This document shows positions 13,870 through 26,204 of a stretch of 64,000 bases of DNA, piece by piece. The notes under the pieces are model-generated. The model was not told the origin of the DNA. It saw only the letters and a program-made list of their open reading frames with translations, and ran no database searches. Position 1 is the first letter of the stretch; every line of letters begins with the position of its first letter. Source of the DNA: Perna viridis (taxonomy: Eukaryota); the NCBI GenBank assembly GCA_037379345.1, contig CM074519.1, forward strand, positions 16,036,742-16,100,741, read 5' to 3'. The position numbers and the translations under genes were made by a program.

Positions 13870-14282
13870 ATAAGGATGTTCGCTGCTCTAATTAAGAATA
13901 ACAAGCATTTCAAAGGGTTTTGAAATCTTTTGAGATTTTTCTCGCTAGAACAATATGGGAAGAAAAAATAGATATGTCAGAGTGCTTGTTTTTGAGATAC
14001 AAGCATTTGAAATTTTGGCGGGAAAGAGATTTCTCTAGATTTTCCATAGGTTTTGTCTTAGTAGGTTCTATCTATTTAAAACATTGAAAAAATAACAAGT
14101 TGTCATAAAAAATGCCCAAATAACATTTTAAGGTGTAACTGTGCTTCATGTAATTATGAAAAGAAAAGTGGGGGGGGGGGGTCACTGTTAAACAATATAA
14201 ATGCTACGAAATAGATAAAACCAGAAGAGTCCGAAAATGTGACAAAAATGGCTAAATGGCTAAAACTAGCATACAACCTTAA
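13870..14282. mobile_element. Non-autonomous Kolobok-like DNA element
   Basis: Imperfect TIR TAAGGATGTTCGCT / AGCATACAACCTTAA with TTAA-type flanks. Confidence 0.45.
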
Positions 14283-15069
14283 ATTATTTCAGAGCAACCA
14301 AATACGCATTATATCAATTCTATGGAAGTTTAAGAAATCTAAGGGAAACTCCGCACAATCTAGCAAGATAAGTTCACATAAGTAAAAGTACATGCTCTGA
14401 TACCAAAATGATGATTTCTCAATTTGTCAATATTAATGTGTGTAATGTAGTATTTGTGTATGGATTAGTATATAGAGATATAAACTTGATAAATAGCATT
14501 CAAATGCCATCTATAATCCCTAAACGACCATGGCAAATACATTAAGTATTAATTCAGTTGTACTCAAAAGCGATATATCTGACCTGTTTGACAAATGGAT
14601 CTCAATTTACGTCAACTGTTTTTTTTTTTCAAACGTCATAATTTATGGTGGAATTGAAATAAAGTATCGATGGACTATTTTACATGAACTTTACAATAAT
14701 GTCCAATGTCTACTTTCGTTATGTAAATTATTTTCCACATTCACTGTGAGAAATTTCATTTTAAAATTCAACCAAGATTACCAAAGTGAAATACATGCAT
14801 TGAAGTATACATAAATGCCCATATGCGTTGCCCGAGGAGAACACGTTAACATAGAAATATCCAGTCAAATAACAAATAACAAATTTAAGGAGTAAAAGTG
14901 TTAATGATAAGTTTTTTTTTGATAAGAATTCCAATTATCTTATTCTTTTATTCCTACACAACCAGGAGTGATATATATGATAGTCATATGTTGACTATTC
15001 ATAGCTTATAATGATTACCGAGTGCTAACTTACATATGACAGTCACATGACTTTAAGTAACTGTCTTTG

Positions 15070-15441
15070 TAAGAATCATGCAAAATCTAAAAAAATGTGA
15101 TACACCCCAAAAAAAGCCTACATATTTTTATTTTTGTAATTAAGTTGTTTTATGGGTCTATACCATGAAATATGTAATTATTCATTCAAATCTGCCTGCT
15201 CTTAGGAGATAATCAACATTGAAAATCCAATAGATTCTGTTGTACTTGGGTGTCATTTACAGAGTTATCTCCCTTAATTTTGAAATCTACATTGCATTCT
15301 ATATAATTTTTATCTCCTAAGAACACGGGTTATATGAAAAACTGAATGTTAATTTATGTTTACTATGGCAATTCAAACAAAATATAAAAAATAAAAATAT
15401 GTAGGCTTTTTACCCATGAATCACATTTTGCATGATTCTTA
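15070..15441. mobile_element. MITE with bipartite TIR
   Basis: TAAGAATCATGCAAAAT / ATTTTGCATGATTCTTA and AAAAGCCTACATATTTTTATTTTT / AAAAATAAAAATATGTAGGCTTTT inverted pairs. Confidence 0.75.
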
Positions 15442-17596
15442 GCTTGAGTGCTACTTAAATATAAATATTGGGCTTGCTAAGATATGATCATGTTTGTGTA
15501 AAATACTTTTGATAATTTTATGAAAAACGCATGATAATCAAACGAAGCATATGGCAATCATATCACGCTCGAAACATATGATAATCATATTTTGTTTTTC
15601 ATATGAGTCTCATGTGTGGCACATTTGGCTGTGTACATAAATCATATTTCAAGTCAAGCGTACCATTCCAATGCACCATACATTCTTTTTTCATGCATTG
15701 TTTTCATTGCTCTAATTATTTCTTAATTTAATCCTTACTTATTCCAATGCCTCTGTTTTATTTCCATACAATTCATCAAGTCATCTCTTATTCTCTATTG
15801 TTCCCTTTCCATATTCACATTTTCTCATCTTAAATATTTTATTTATAAACGAAAACACCAAGTTCATATAAGTTTGGTTAATGTCGGCATGCTGCACATG
15901 TGTTTCAAGGAATAACCTCTCATCAACAGCATTAGAACCAAATTAATAGTCTACAAGAAGTAAGCAAAGCCAAATAATCAAAATAGGTGGCCAAATCCAG
16001 TCCTGCAAAAAGTTATCATAGAAATTATACATACATGTAAGTAATACAAATCTTGAAGCCTAGGCTGTAGGAGTTTTGAGGGTTTCGAATTTTGTGCTTT
16101 TGTAAATATCGGAAAACAAAATGTAGAAAAGGCTGGTGAACACCCTCTGGAAATATATTTACCGCCTTTTATATCACAACACACTATATAGATTTCCAAC
16201 AAACTTGACAAATGTAAATCAGCTATAGATAAGCAGATCGTTGATAATCTGTTTTATTATTTGTATACGCAGTATCCACGTCTTTTGATAAGCCTTATTG
16301 GTATACGATGTTTTATAGTTCCTTTTAGAGTAGTTTATAGTTTAATGTTTTATTTGTTGTCTTACCATGATGTAACAGCATGTAATATTCTTAAATACGA
16401 TACTTGTAGTCTTGTGCTTTGACAATTACGGAGGTCAATAAAGGTCATTATAAAAAAATATTTATGTCAATATTAGGATATGTCATGGCTTTTTTATTAT
16501 TCGATAAATTTTGTCATAATGTTGACATACGCTTACGTTAATTCGACATAGATATGGCAACTATTTTTTTTTCGAATGACCCTTAGGCGGCCTTCGTAGA
16601 ATCTTCAAATATATACCAATGAATTACGTATATTGCATTTTGCCGACCTTTTTAAGGTGTGTAACTTTAACATTTCACTACTGACCCCTACTTCTCAAGT
16701 GTTCTTTATTTCACCCTATTGGGTTTGTACGAAATCAACGGTTATTCATGTAAGATGTTTATATATGTATAAAAAGTCGTTTGAAGATGTTTATTTATGT
16801 ATATATAAAGTCGTTTGAAGTCTTGGATAATGTCAGTAGAAAAAAAGATGAACATACTTTTGACATGTTTAAACTACTTAATTCAATCCTTTATAGAAAA
16901 ATTCTTTCACACGATGAGACGAAAAAGACAAATATTGAAAAAATTCATATACAGTACGGAGCATGCGAATATTGTTTTTTTCACCAGTGCATGGTGGACC
17001 AATACTAGAAAATGGTGTGATTGTTGTGCGAGGTTACCAGCACATTCTTAAATGTCGGAATATAAAATAGAAAAGAAATATAGGATGAATATCAAGGAGA
17101 CAACATCAGTCTTCACAGTTGTCTTTGTTTATTATATTTCATAGCGTAAGAGGAACTGTACTTTCTGTTTTACTCTTTCATTTGTTGTGCTGTGGAAGTG
17201 CATTTTTTTTTTAAAAAAGTTTATAAATTGATTTGACGTATGCAGTAAGAACATTTATCTGCTGAATATTTTTGTATCGAATATTTAATAAAAAAATCTA
17301 AACGTAGTTATAACTACACATATATCATACTAGTTAAACATGTACATTGTACGTACATGTACATATCTACACTGACTGCATGTGATGTACTGCAATTTAC
17401 TTTGATGTCCGAGATAAGCTTATGTACAACATTTGTACATTCATACATACAAAACTGAAATGAAATTTATTTCGTATTCCGTACCAAGGCAGTCATACAT
17501 CGATTTCAGAAACTGCTAATTTATAAATTGATAAAAAAAAAAAGTAAAAAAACGCGCATTTGTTCGCAAAGTTGTAACCTGCAGAAATACTTAAAA

Positions 17597-17788
17597 AGTT
17601 ATCAAGGGAACCACTATTCTAGCAGAAATCAAAAGAATGCAATCCAGGGACAAAGACCAGACAGAGAAACAGCGAAGAATAAAAATAATCAAAATAATAC
17701 GTACAAAGAAACAAACGTTAATGAGCAACTTGGACTCCACTGAATACCGGGAGCATAGACCAGGTGGACCGGTAGGATAAGCGTCCTT
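17597..17788 (-). mobile_element. Penelope-like 3' UTR fragment
   Basis: Shared GTCTGGTCTTTGTCCCTGGAT and GGAGTCC.AGTTGCTCAT blocks. Confidence 0.7.
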
Positions 17789-20173
17789 TGCATAAACGCT
17801 TACGTTTTGATAATTTGGATATTTAAATAGTACTTTCAACAATGAATAGAAATAGACTCGATTGCATACATGTATGTCTGCTAAGTTTTTGTTTGTTTTG
17901 GTTTTCTGCTTAACATTAATTGAAGACAAATAATTTCAAATGGAGGATATATTTTCGTGCATTGGTCCATTATAGAAGGAATTTCATATGAAATATCAGA
18001 AGATCACCCATGGATTTTGACAAGTTTAATCCATCAGAAAATCAATACGAGTCATTGTCAATCAAAATTACAATCGATCAATGATAAATCCTAGTTTAAC
18101 GAATACCTTTAAAAGTAATAAATAACTTTTGCTTTTTTTAATGGGTAGAAGAGTTGTTATTCTAAATGACCATGTGAGTCATGTAAACCATGGGGTAACA
18201 AAGTGTTCCTTTTTTTTTTAAATGAATCTAGTTGGTCTTGGTGACATACGTCAACTTTAGAGTTTTATATCTTATACAGTTGTGATATTTGTATCCCCCG
18301 CAAAAAAATGGGGCTTTACAGATTTTCAATAATGATAGTGCTCATGCAGTGCGAAAAAAAAAATTTCAGATAGCATAACTAACAGCGGAGAAAAATATGG
18401 CGTAAATCAGAGAGTATTAGTCGGTCTGCCGAGGAGATCGGTAGAGGTTATTTTAATCTCTATTTTAAAACTTTTACACCTCTGCCATACTAAACACTAA
18501 ACCACACCTCTTATGCAAATTATACAGAACACAATAAATGGCTTTGCGGATCTACATTGAATAACGTTCATGTCCTATGAATTTCTCTCATCCTGAGCCA
18601 ATATCCTGCTCAGAGGGTAATATTCGCTATTTCAAAACTCAACATCTCTGCTACACTCGGTACTTAGCCACGATTCTATATACAAATTAGTACCGTACAC
18701 CGGAAACAACTTCTCGAATATGTAATGAGTAGGGATCATGACTTGTGATTTTTTTTCACGTCCTGTATATCAGAGCTTATATGCTGGCGGAGTGATAAGT
18801 TAGTAATACAGTTGCCAACCGGGCAGATGTTATAGATCTACGGGTCTTATTGATATGACGGAGTGGTAAGTTGTAAATCAGTTAAGCGGTTATAGGTCTG
18901 CATAGGGAATTGATATTGTATGTCGCAAGGCGACGTATTGTCAATAGATACATCTAAAGTCACTGAACAAAAAGAATTCTGACTAAACTTTTATCGAATA
19001 ATTTCGTTGCAAAAACAAATTCAAAGCCGCACATTGACCGTATATATAAATTGACCAATATTCTTATCGACTGTTAATGCAAAAGCAGCATGCTCGGTGT
19101 TATGAACTAATCCGCGTCGTGCTTTGTCCAGCAGTGTTTTATCAAGCAAATCAAATGAACCTTTCCGAACTAAAAATACGTCCTGAAGCTGAAGCATAAA
19201 GAAATTCGGTTATGGTAGGTTTTATTCTACAAGGCACGCGTTAGAACATGGCATTACTGTCTCTCTTTATAAAATAAGATATTCACCATGCGTATTGCTG
19301 ATAAGACAAGTTGTACAATATCGTACAAAAGGCCTATGTCGTAATATTGCGCTTAGTATAACCTAAATATTTTGGTATCCGATTCTCTCTGTTGAAAAAT
19401 TGTAATGATCTGCATATATGTACTTCAAATTGAATAAAAGCCACGTTGTGTAAGGTGATCTTATTGGTGCTAGGCTTATTTGTATATACTTATATTAAAG
19501 ACGTTTAATGGACTTTTAAAGAGTCATTTTATTTAAAAAGATAGATAAATATTTGTCAAAAAGCTGATATTAAAACTCTGGTACCACAAAAAAATTCAGT
19601 GCTAAAAGAAGTTAAGTTGTTGAATAATGTACTAACGGTAGTATATCATTATTATATTCAATAATGTTTTCAGAGGAAACTACAACATAATCCTGATCTA
19701 CAGCTGGTTTCAAGAACGAGGCAAAAGAAAATGATTAAACTAATTTATTAATAATAATAAAAAAAAAAACTTTGAAAAAAGTTTTCATATTTTGAAGACT
19801 TCATTGCTTTGGATTATAGTATTAAAACGAGGATGGACAAGGTGAATATGTCAAAGAGACAAACAACCCCACCGGTATGAAAAATGTCAGTTCAAGGACA
19901 CACATGGGTCTTCAATAGATTAAACTCATTTTATCACCGAAAAAAAACCCACTAATTTCAACAAGCAATCAATGTAAGGTAAAAAAGATGAACATCTTCA
20001 AGATGAGTATAAATACAGTACACAGTTTTAAATCATTAGAGCAATACTTTTTTTGTTATAGAATACACAAAGTAGGTACCCCACAAGAACAAGTGACAAA
20101 AAATGACTAAGTTCAGCATGCTAAAAATTGTAAGAACAAATCAATCATTTCTGCAAGTTATGAGGTACTATTC

Positions 20174-20481
20174 TATCAGTGGCCGTTCATGTCAAAACAG
20201 GGATATTTCTATCGGCTTACTTTTAACAAGTACCGGCTTACTTTTCAAAAGTATCGGCTTACTTGTTAAAAGTATCGGCATGCTTATCAAAAGTATCGGC
20301 TTACTTTTGAAAAGTATGCCGTTACTTTTTTCACTCTGCATAAAGTTTTTGTATCGGCTTACTTTTGAAAAGTATGCCGATACTTTTAACAAGTAAGCCG
20401 ATACTTTTGAAAAGTAAGCCGGTACTTGTTGAAAGTAAGCCGATAGAAATATCCCTATTTTGACATGAACGGCCACTGATA
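20174..20481. mobile_element. MITE/foldback element with ~105-bp near-perfect TIRs and internal 21-bp repeats
   Basis: TATCAGTGGCCGTTCATGTCAAAA... at left is mirrored by ...TTTTGACATGAACGGCCACTGATA at right. The unit is AAAAGTATCGGCTTACTTTTG-like, and CTATTC is repeated on both flanks. Confidence 0.85.
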
Positions 20482-23135
20482 CTATTCTTCAATATGTATA
20501 TAAAAGTTTGAATGATATTTTGTAAAACATTTTTAGTTACTGATTATACAAAGTAAGTATCCCCTAAATATGACAGTAAACGGACGGACAGGGGGTACTT
20601 GACCTGTTTTCAACGTTGGTGGTGCAGTTAAAAAGGGACATAATATCAACTGCAACTGTGCAATAGAGGTTTTTTTTCCAAAATCATTAGTACTTATCTT
20701 AATAAATATATTTAAAAAAACCCTATCAAATATACATGCATCGTAAAGGTTATCAATGCGAATTTGACCTATGCCCTTTGATGCCCTGAGAGCCGATTTC
20801 AGACTGACAGGAGGTAAATCTGTAATACAGAGTAAGGATACAAAATATAACATATTGAAACAAAATTTGCGTAGCCATAAAGTCTTGTTAAACTGTTATG
20901 AAAAATTAAATCATGTAACCGTAAAAACTGTAAAATGCTTAAAACATCACTAGTATATCAGTTGTCTTTTATAAATTGAAATATTCTTATCGACTGTTAA
21001 CGCAAAACTGGCATGCTCCATTTTATCAACTATTCCACTCTTCCACGTCGTGCCGTGTCCAAAAATGTTTTACTAAGTAAATCAAATGCACCTTTCTGAG
21101 AAAATTATGAAAAAAAATAAATCCTATTTAAAGTAAAACTGTAAAAGGCATTAAATAACACTAGAATATACTTCTTCCTGTCTCATTTTAGATCCGTTTA
21201 AAATAAAGCCCAACAGAAATTTAAAAAGACCAGTATACACAACTAATATTTTTAATGCTTTAAGAGTCTAAAAGGCATCTCGCTGTTAAATCTGTACTTA
21301 CATTGTATATATAAATAAATTTATGCATTGATATAGTATTTTTTTTTATTTTAAATAGGTAAAAATCCATTGAACATTAGACACTTGATGATTTATGCAC
21401 CGTCATGTAGGAAACTGTGAATACCCAATTCCACTCAAACGAGAGGATGAAAAGGTTGATTAAATAGCGTTATTAAAAGTAACGAATGGAAAAAATTTTG
21501 TCAAGTTAAAATATAAGTCAGTATGAAATTTCCTACCTTGACAACGCTAGCAACCAACTTTTCTAAGTAATAGATTTCAAGAGGCTTCCAAAATGCATCA
21601 ATAGGTATTACTGAAAAGTCCTTCAATACATGTGGAGTGGTTTATGCAAAAGGAAGGTGCTTTAAACAAAACTCTCGTATGTTCCTTGATAATATCATAC
21701 GAGGTTCGAATTTATCTATCATAAGTTAGATGAACACCTGGGCTTTAATAAATATGATAGATTTAGAAACGATCGAACCAAACACGAATTGTATAAGATT
21801 TTTGGATTGAATAATGATAAAGCTAGACCGTTTGCACTTTTCGCAAAAAGACTTTTGACTTGGTCTATTTCTTTCTGTTTAAAAATTATGATTTGCGATG
21901 ATCTATTAAAAATTGTAGAAGTTCATCTTGGCATTGACTACAAGTGGTATTTTTGTTAGCAACGGCTTTCAAACAAACATCAGTTTGTATAGCGCAATGA
22001 ATTGTTAAATGTGACAGCCTTTACACATAAAAAATTAGAAACAAACTAGCTTCCAACAAAAGATCACTTTGTTTTAAGTTTGGAAAAAAGTTTCTACACG
22101 TTAGCCTTTATATACCTATACCATGAGACAGCTGATTGCTTTTATTTATTTTAAAGTAGTAGTCATTACAAAATAAATCAGACAGAGTGTTATATATGTT
22201 TGTAAAAACCCCAACAAACTCGCTTCCATTTTGGTAACTTTTTTACAAAGAAACAGTTTAGATTACAAAACAGGTCTTAGTTTTCCATTAAGTTATTGAC
22301 TTTTGAGACAACAATTAAACTGATTTAAAATGAAATAGCCTCTATGCAAGAGTTATCATTCTTGATTTGGTTGGTTTTAATGGGTGATGCATTTATGGTT
22401 TTTCTCCAAAATACAGATTATTATACAGAAAGGAGCATAATTAAGTAAAAGTATAGTGTATGTAGTTGGGTTTTTCGGTGGGATTTTTTACACTAGGAAT
22501 CACCTCTACCATTGGCATTGTCTGAACTTTACATGGCGTGGTACTTAAATGATTCATAAACTTTAACGCAATCAAAGGTATCGCCAAAAAGACAAAGTGT
22601 TATTGAAACCGCTTTAGTAACAGTTATTGACAAATCTTTTAACTACATCCTTCATCTGTATACAACATTACGCCAGAAAAGGGTCCTCCGGAGGTTTATT
22701 TTTATAAAAGAAGTGTTTGAGTCATATCCAGCACATAAACTTTACTCTTCAGCTGTTTTATACAGGCATTTACAATAGTCAATTAAAGGTATTTGCAGAA
22801 TGAATAAGTATTATTGAAGTTTAAGTAGTAACGTTGTACTCTACACATTTAACGGTTAGCAACAATATTTACAGTATTTTTCTGCTATAGAAAACTTTAA
22901 CATTTTACAATGGCTCTTAAAATGTAGTGTTTAGATGAGTGTATTTTTAATGGTCGTTCTAATTCCAGGTTTGAAAATGGTTGCAGTATCTTCATCTCCC
23001 TTTTAGCTAGGAGATGACATACAAAGAAACAAAAATAAATATATTACATGTAGGTAATATATTACATGTAGGTAATATAAAAATTTCAAAGAGTCATACG
23101 AAAGGTAAACATATTACACTTTAAATTACATAGGG

Positions 23136-23332
23136 CGCTTACCTTACCAGTGCACCTGATCCATTCTCCCAGTTTATAGTGGAGTCCGAGTTGCTCATTT
23201 ACTATTGTTACTTTGTATGTATTATTTTGGTTAATTTATGTTCTTTGTTGTGTATGTCTGTTTTCCATGTCTTTGTCCCTGGATTACATTCTTTTGATTC
23301 CACAAGAATCTTCGTTCCCTTGATTCCTCTTT
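23136..23332 (+). mobile_element. Penelope-like 3' UTR fragment
   Basis: Aligns by eye to the 3' UTR of the 3.2 kb copy. Confidence 0.7.
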
Positions 23333-23736
23333 CGAAAGCGAAAAATATCAATTTAAAAACGGCTAAAACAATATCAACAGGATTGATCTCCAGCTACAGA
23401 AAACATCAAATTTTACAATATTATGTTAAGATGAATGTTATTATCTAATATTCTTTCTAGTGCCACGTTTGAAAATTGGAAAATGGTTACAGTATCATAT
23501 CTTCATAATCATACATTACTTTCTCTCGTAGGAGATTGGCATACATAAACATAAAAATAAATGCATTAAAACACCAATTACTTATTGCACTTTACATAGT
23601 TTCAAAAATGAATAGTATTCATTGAAAAATTCTGAACAGTTTTCAGACATCAAATTGTTCACAAATTTCGTCTGGTTAGCTAGCACAAAACATAACGATA
23701 TCGCCTGATAATTGTAACAAATGTTTATCGGCAAGG

Positions 23737-24215
23737 GTAACTCCCAGAAGCTCGGATAGACATCCATATAGCAAATGTCTATCGACAAAGGTTACTCCTA
23801 AATGTTCGTATAGACATCCATATGGCAAATGTCTATTAGTATGTGTTACTCTCAAAAGCTCGTATAGACATCCATATAGTAAATGTCTATGAGTATGTGT
23901 TACTCCCAAAAGCTCGTATAGACATCCATATAGTAAATGTCTATTAGGAAGTGTTACTCCCAAAAGCTCGTATAGACATCCATATAGTAAATGTCTATGA
24001 GTATGTGTTACTCCCAAAAGCTCGTATAGACATCCATATAGTAAATGTCTATTAGGAAGTGTTACTCCCAAAAGCTCGTATAGACATCCATATAGTAAAT
24101 GTCTATGAGTATGTGTTACTCCCAAAAGCTCGTATAGACATCCATATAGTAAATGTCTATTAGGAAGTGTTACTCCCAAAAGCTCGTACAGACATCCATA
24201 TAGTAAATGCCTATG
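23737..24215. repeat. 54-bp minisatellite, ~9 copies, with alternating A/B variants
   Basis: GTTACTCCCAAAAGCTCGTATAGACATCCATATAGTAAATGTCTAT followed by GAGTATGT or TAGGAAGT. Confidence 0.95.
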
Positions 24216-26064
24216 GGTAGTAGTGCTTCATAGTGGTTTATCTGGTGACACAAAATATAAAATGAGCTTCAACATAAGTGACACTGTCCTTCTTTCGGTG
24301 GATCAACCCATAGTTTAGCAATCTGTTTAACATTATCAAACCTTCTGCTGGTTCTAGCGAATTGCCAAATATAGTCATTAGGTACATCTAAGTTTAACTT
24401 GAAGAACCGCAAGTCACCGTCATTCAGCATTCAATCTACCTTGTTTGGCTTTCTTCGTAAGTCATTGTATCATTCACAATGTACCTCCACAGATGGGTGG
24501 AAAAATACCATTGAATATATATTCTTTGAGACAGTTTTAAGGGATATTTTGTTGAGTGATAATTTTAAAGCGGAAGTGCACAAGTAATAGATTTCGCTTG
24601 CAGCTTTTATTTGAAAATCTACATTATTTAGCGAAATGGGGCGGGGGAGTTTTGAGTAAACAAATTGCTAAAATTTTGAATATTCTATAAAATCCCAGCC
24701 AAGGCCAATAAATATTCCATGCCTTATTTGTTACAATCTTTGTAGCTTCATGCGGTTAGTCTTATTGCACTGAATTGTGTCATAACATGCGAATTACCGA
24801 ACTTGAAAGTATATCAATCTTTATTTTATTTCCATCTAAATTCAGAACAATAGTTTCAGTATTTGATATTACAACATTAAAATATATTTGTAAATATCGT
24901 GCTATTGTTGCTATAAAAAAAAATGGGTTTTTTTTGTTCATTTCTCGAGTCAGCGAACAATAGTTAACTATTTAAGATAATCTAAGTACGTTTATTGATC
25001 ATAGTTAAAAATCCCATCTCTAAATCCGAAAGTCGAAACAATCAATTGTGAAGTTCCTTGCCATACCCAAGGACTTTCCTGTCAAATCCACTTGTTTGCT
25101 TTTCTGATTCCATGGGATCATCACGTTTTGAACATAAAAGCCGATAAAACCTTTAGTACAGGAGTTTTCGATATCACATCAAGGATTGCACTTGCTGTGC
25201 ACTTTAAGTTTCATGGACGAATTTTAAATAAACAATTATAGATTGAATGTGTTACATTTGAAGAAACAATTGTTACATTATTTTACGGTATTGTTCAAAT
25301 TGACAAAACAAAGAGTTACGTTCAATATCATTGCAAATCATATCGTTACTTATTTTCAAAGGGTAGTGTGTGCATACATATGTTTTCAGGGGTAGATATA
25401 TTACAATAAAATAGATAACATTGTATTTCCGTTCGTTAGGAGCTATCAGTGGTGGATCCGGGGGTGGTCATCAGGGCAGAACCCCTCTTTTTTTGTTGGA
25501 AACTTTTGTTGATTTCGTGCATTTGGTTGGGGGGTGTACAAATTGACCAATATCAGTCTGGAACACCCCTCTCTTGTTTCGCCACTGGATGCTATAAAAT
25601 CAGCTTCACTCAAATCTCCTAACAGAAAAGTCTACTCTTTTGTCAAAAGCTTGCCAAGGTTTTAAAGACATTTATTTACAATCGTGCTTAACGTCCTATA
25701 GATTAGCATTTTGAGTCGGATTATTTTTACAAGACTTTAGCTATCGTTTTAAAAATTCTCCGGCTGACCCCATAAACTTATTGATCAATATGAGGTGTCA
25801 AAAAAAATTGACTGGTTCATCAAAGCTCATATATAACACATATAATATTTATAATATTTAAAATATTTAGAATATTTAGAATAAATTGTGACATGTTGTT
25901 ATTCACTGATTTTTCGCTTTATGTATGCTTTACTAATCAATGTCTTACCATTAATACTTTCGCTTTAATTCAAAGTTGAGGGAAAATACCAAAACAAAAA
26001 AACAAAAAACAAACAAAAACAAACAAAAAACAAAAAAAAAAACAAAAAAAAAAACAAAACTTAC

Positions 26065-26204
26065 GGTTGTTGATCTTCTGTCGGTTGCTGTGGTACTGCT
26101 TCATTGTCTATTGTTGCCTCGGGAACTGTTGTCATAGATAGTACGGGTGGAGCAGACGGCTGTGGGGACGAAATGGTTATATCAGGAATCCCGACGTCCT
26201 CCAT
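26065..26204 (-). CDS. Alternative first coding exon (46 aa, acidic and Pro-rich) of the HEPN gene
   Basis: GC-richer island reading MEDVGIPDITISSPQPSAPPVLSMTTVPEATIDNEAVPQQPTEDQQ. It is 140 nt with consensus donor CC|gtaagt (phase 2), in frame with the 1456 acceptor. Too short for the ORF track. Confidence 0.65.

Noticed and set aside
20103-20476. Overlapping 97 aa and 94 aa ORFs
   Set aside because: Artefacts of the 21-bp repeats in the palindromic MITE.
21537-21610. Possible extra exon of the HEPN gene (cag|...AAG|gtagga)
   Set aside because: The phase-2 frame contains a stop and has no usable ATG. It could only be non-coding, and there is no further support.
23676-24179. 167 aa repetitive ORF
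   Set aside because: A by-product of a 54-bp (multiple of 3) minisatellite, with a non-ATG start and no splice context.
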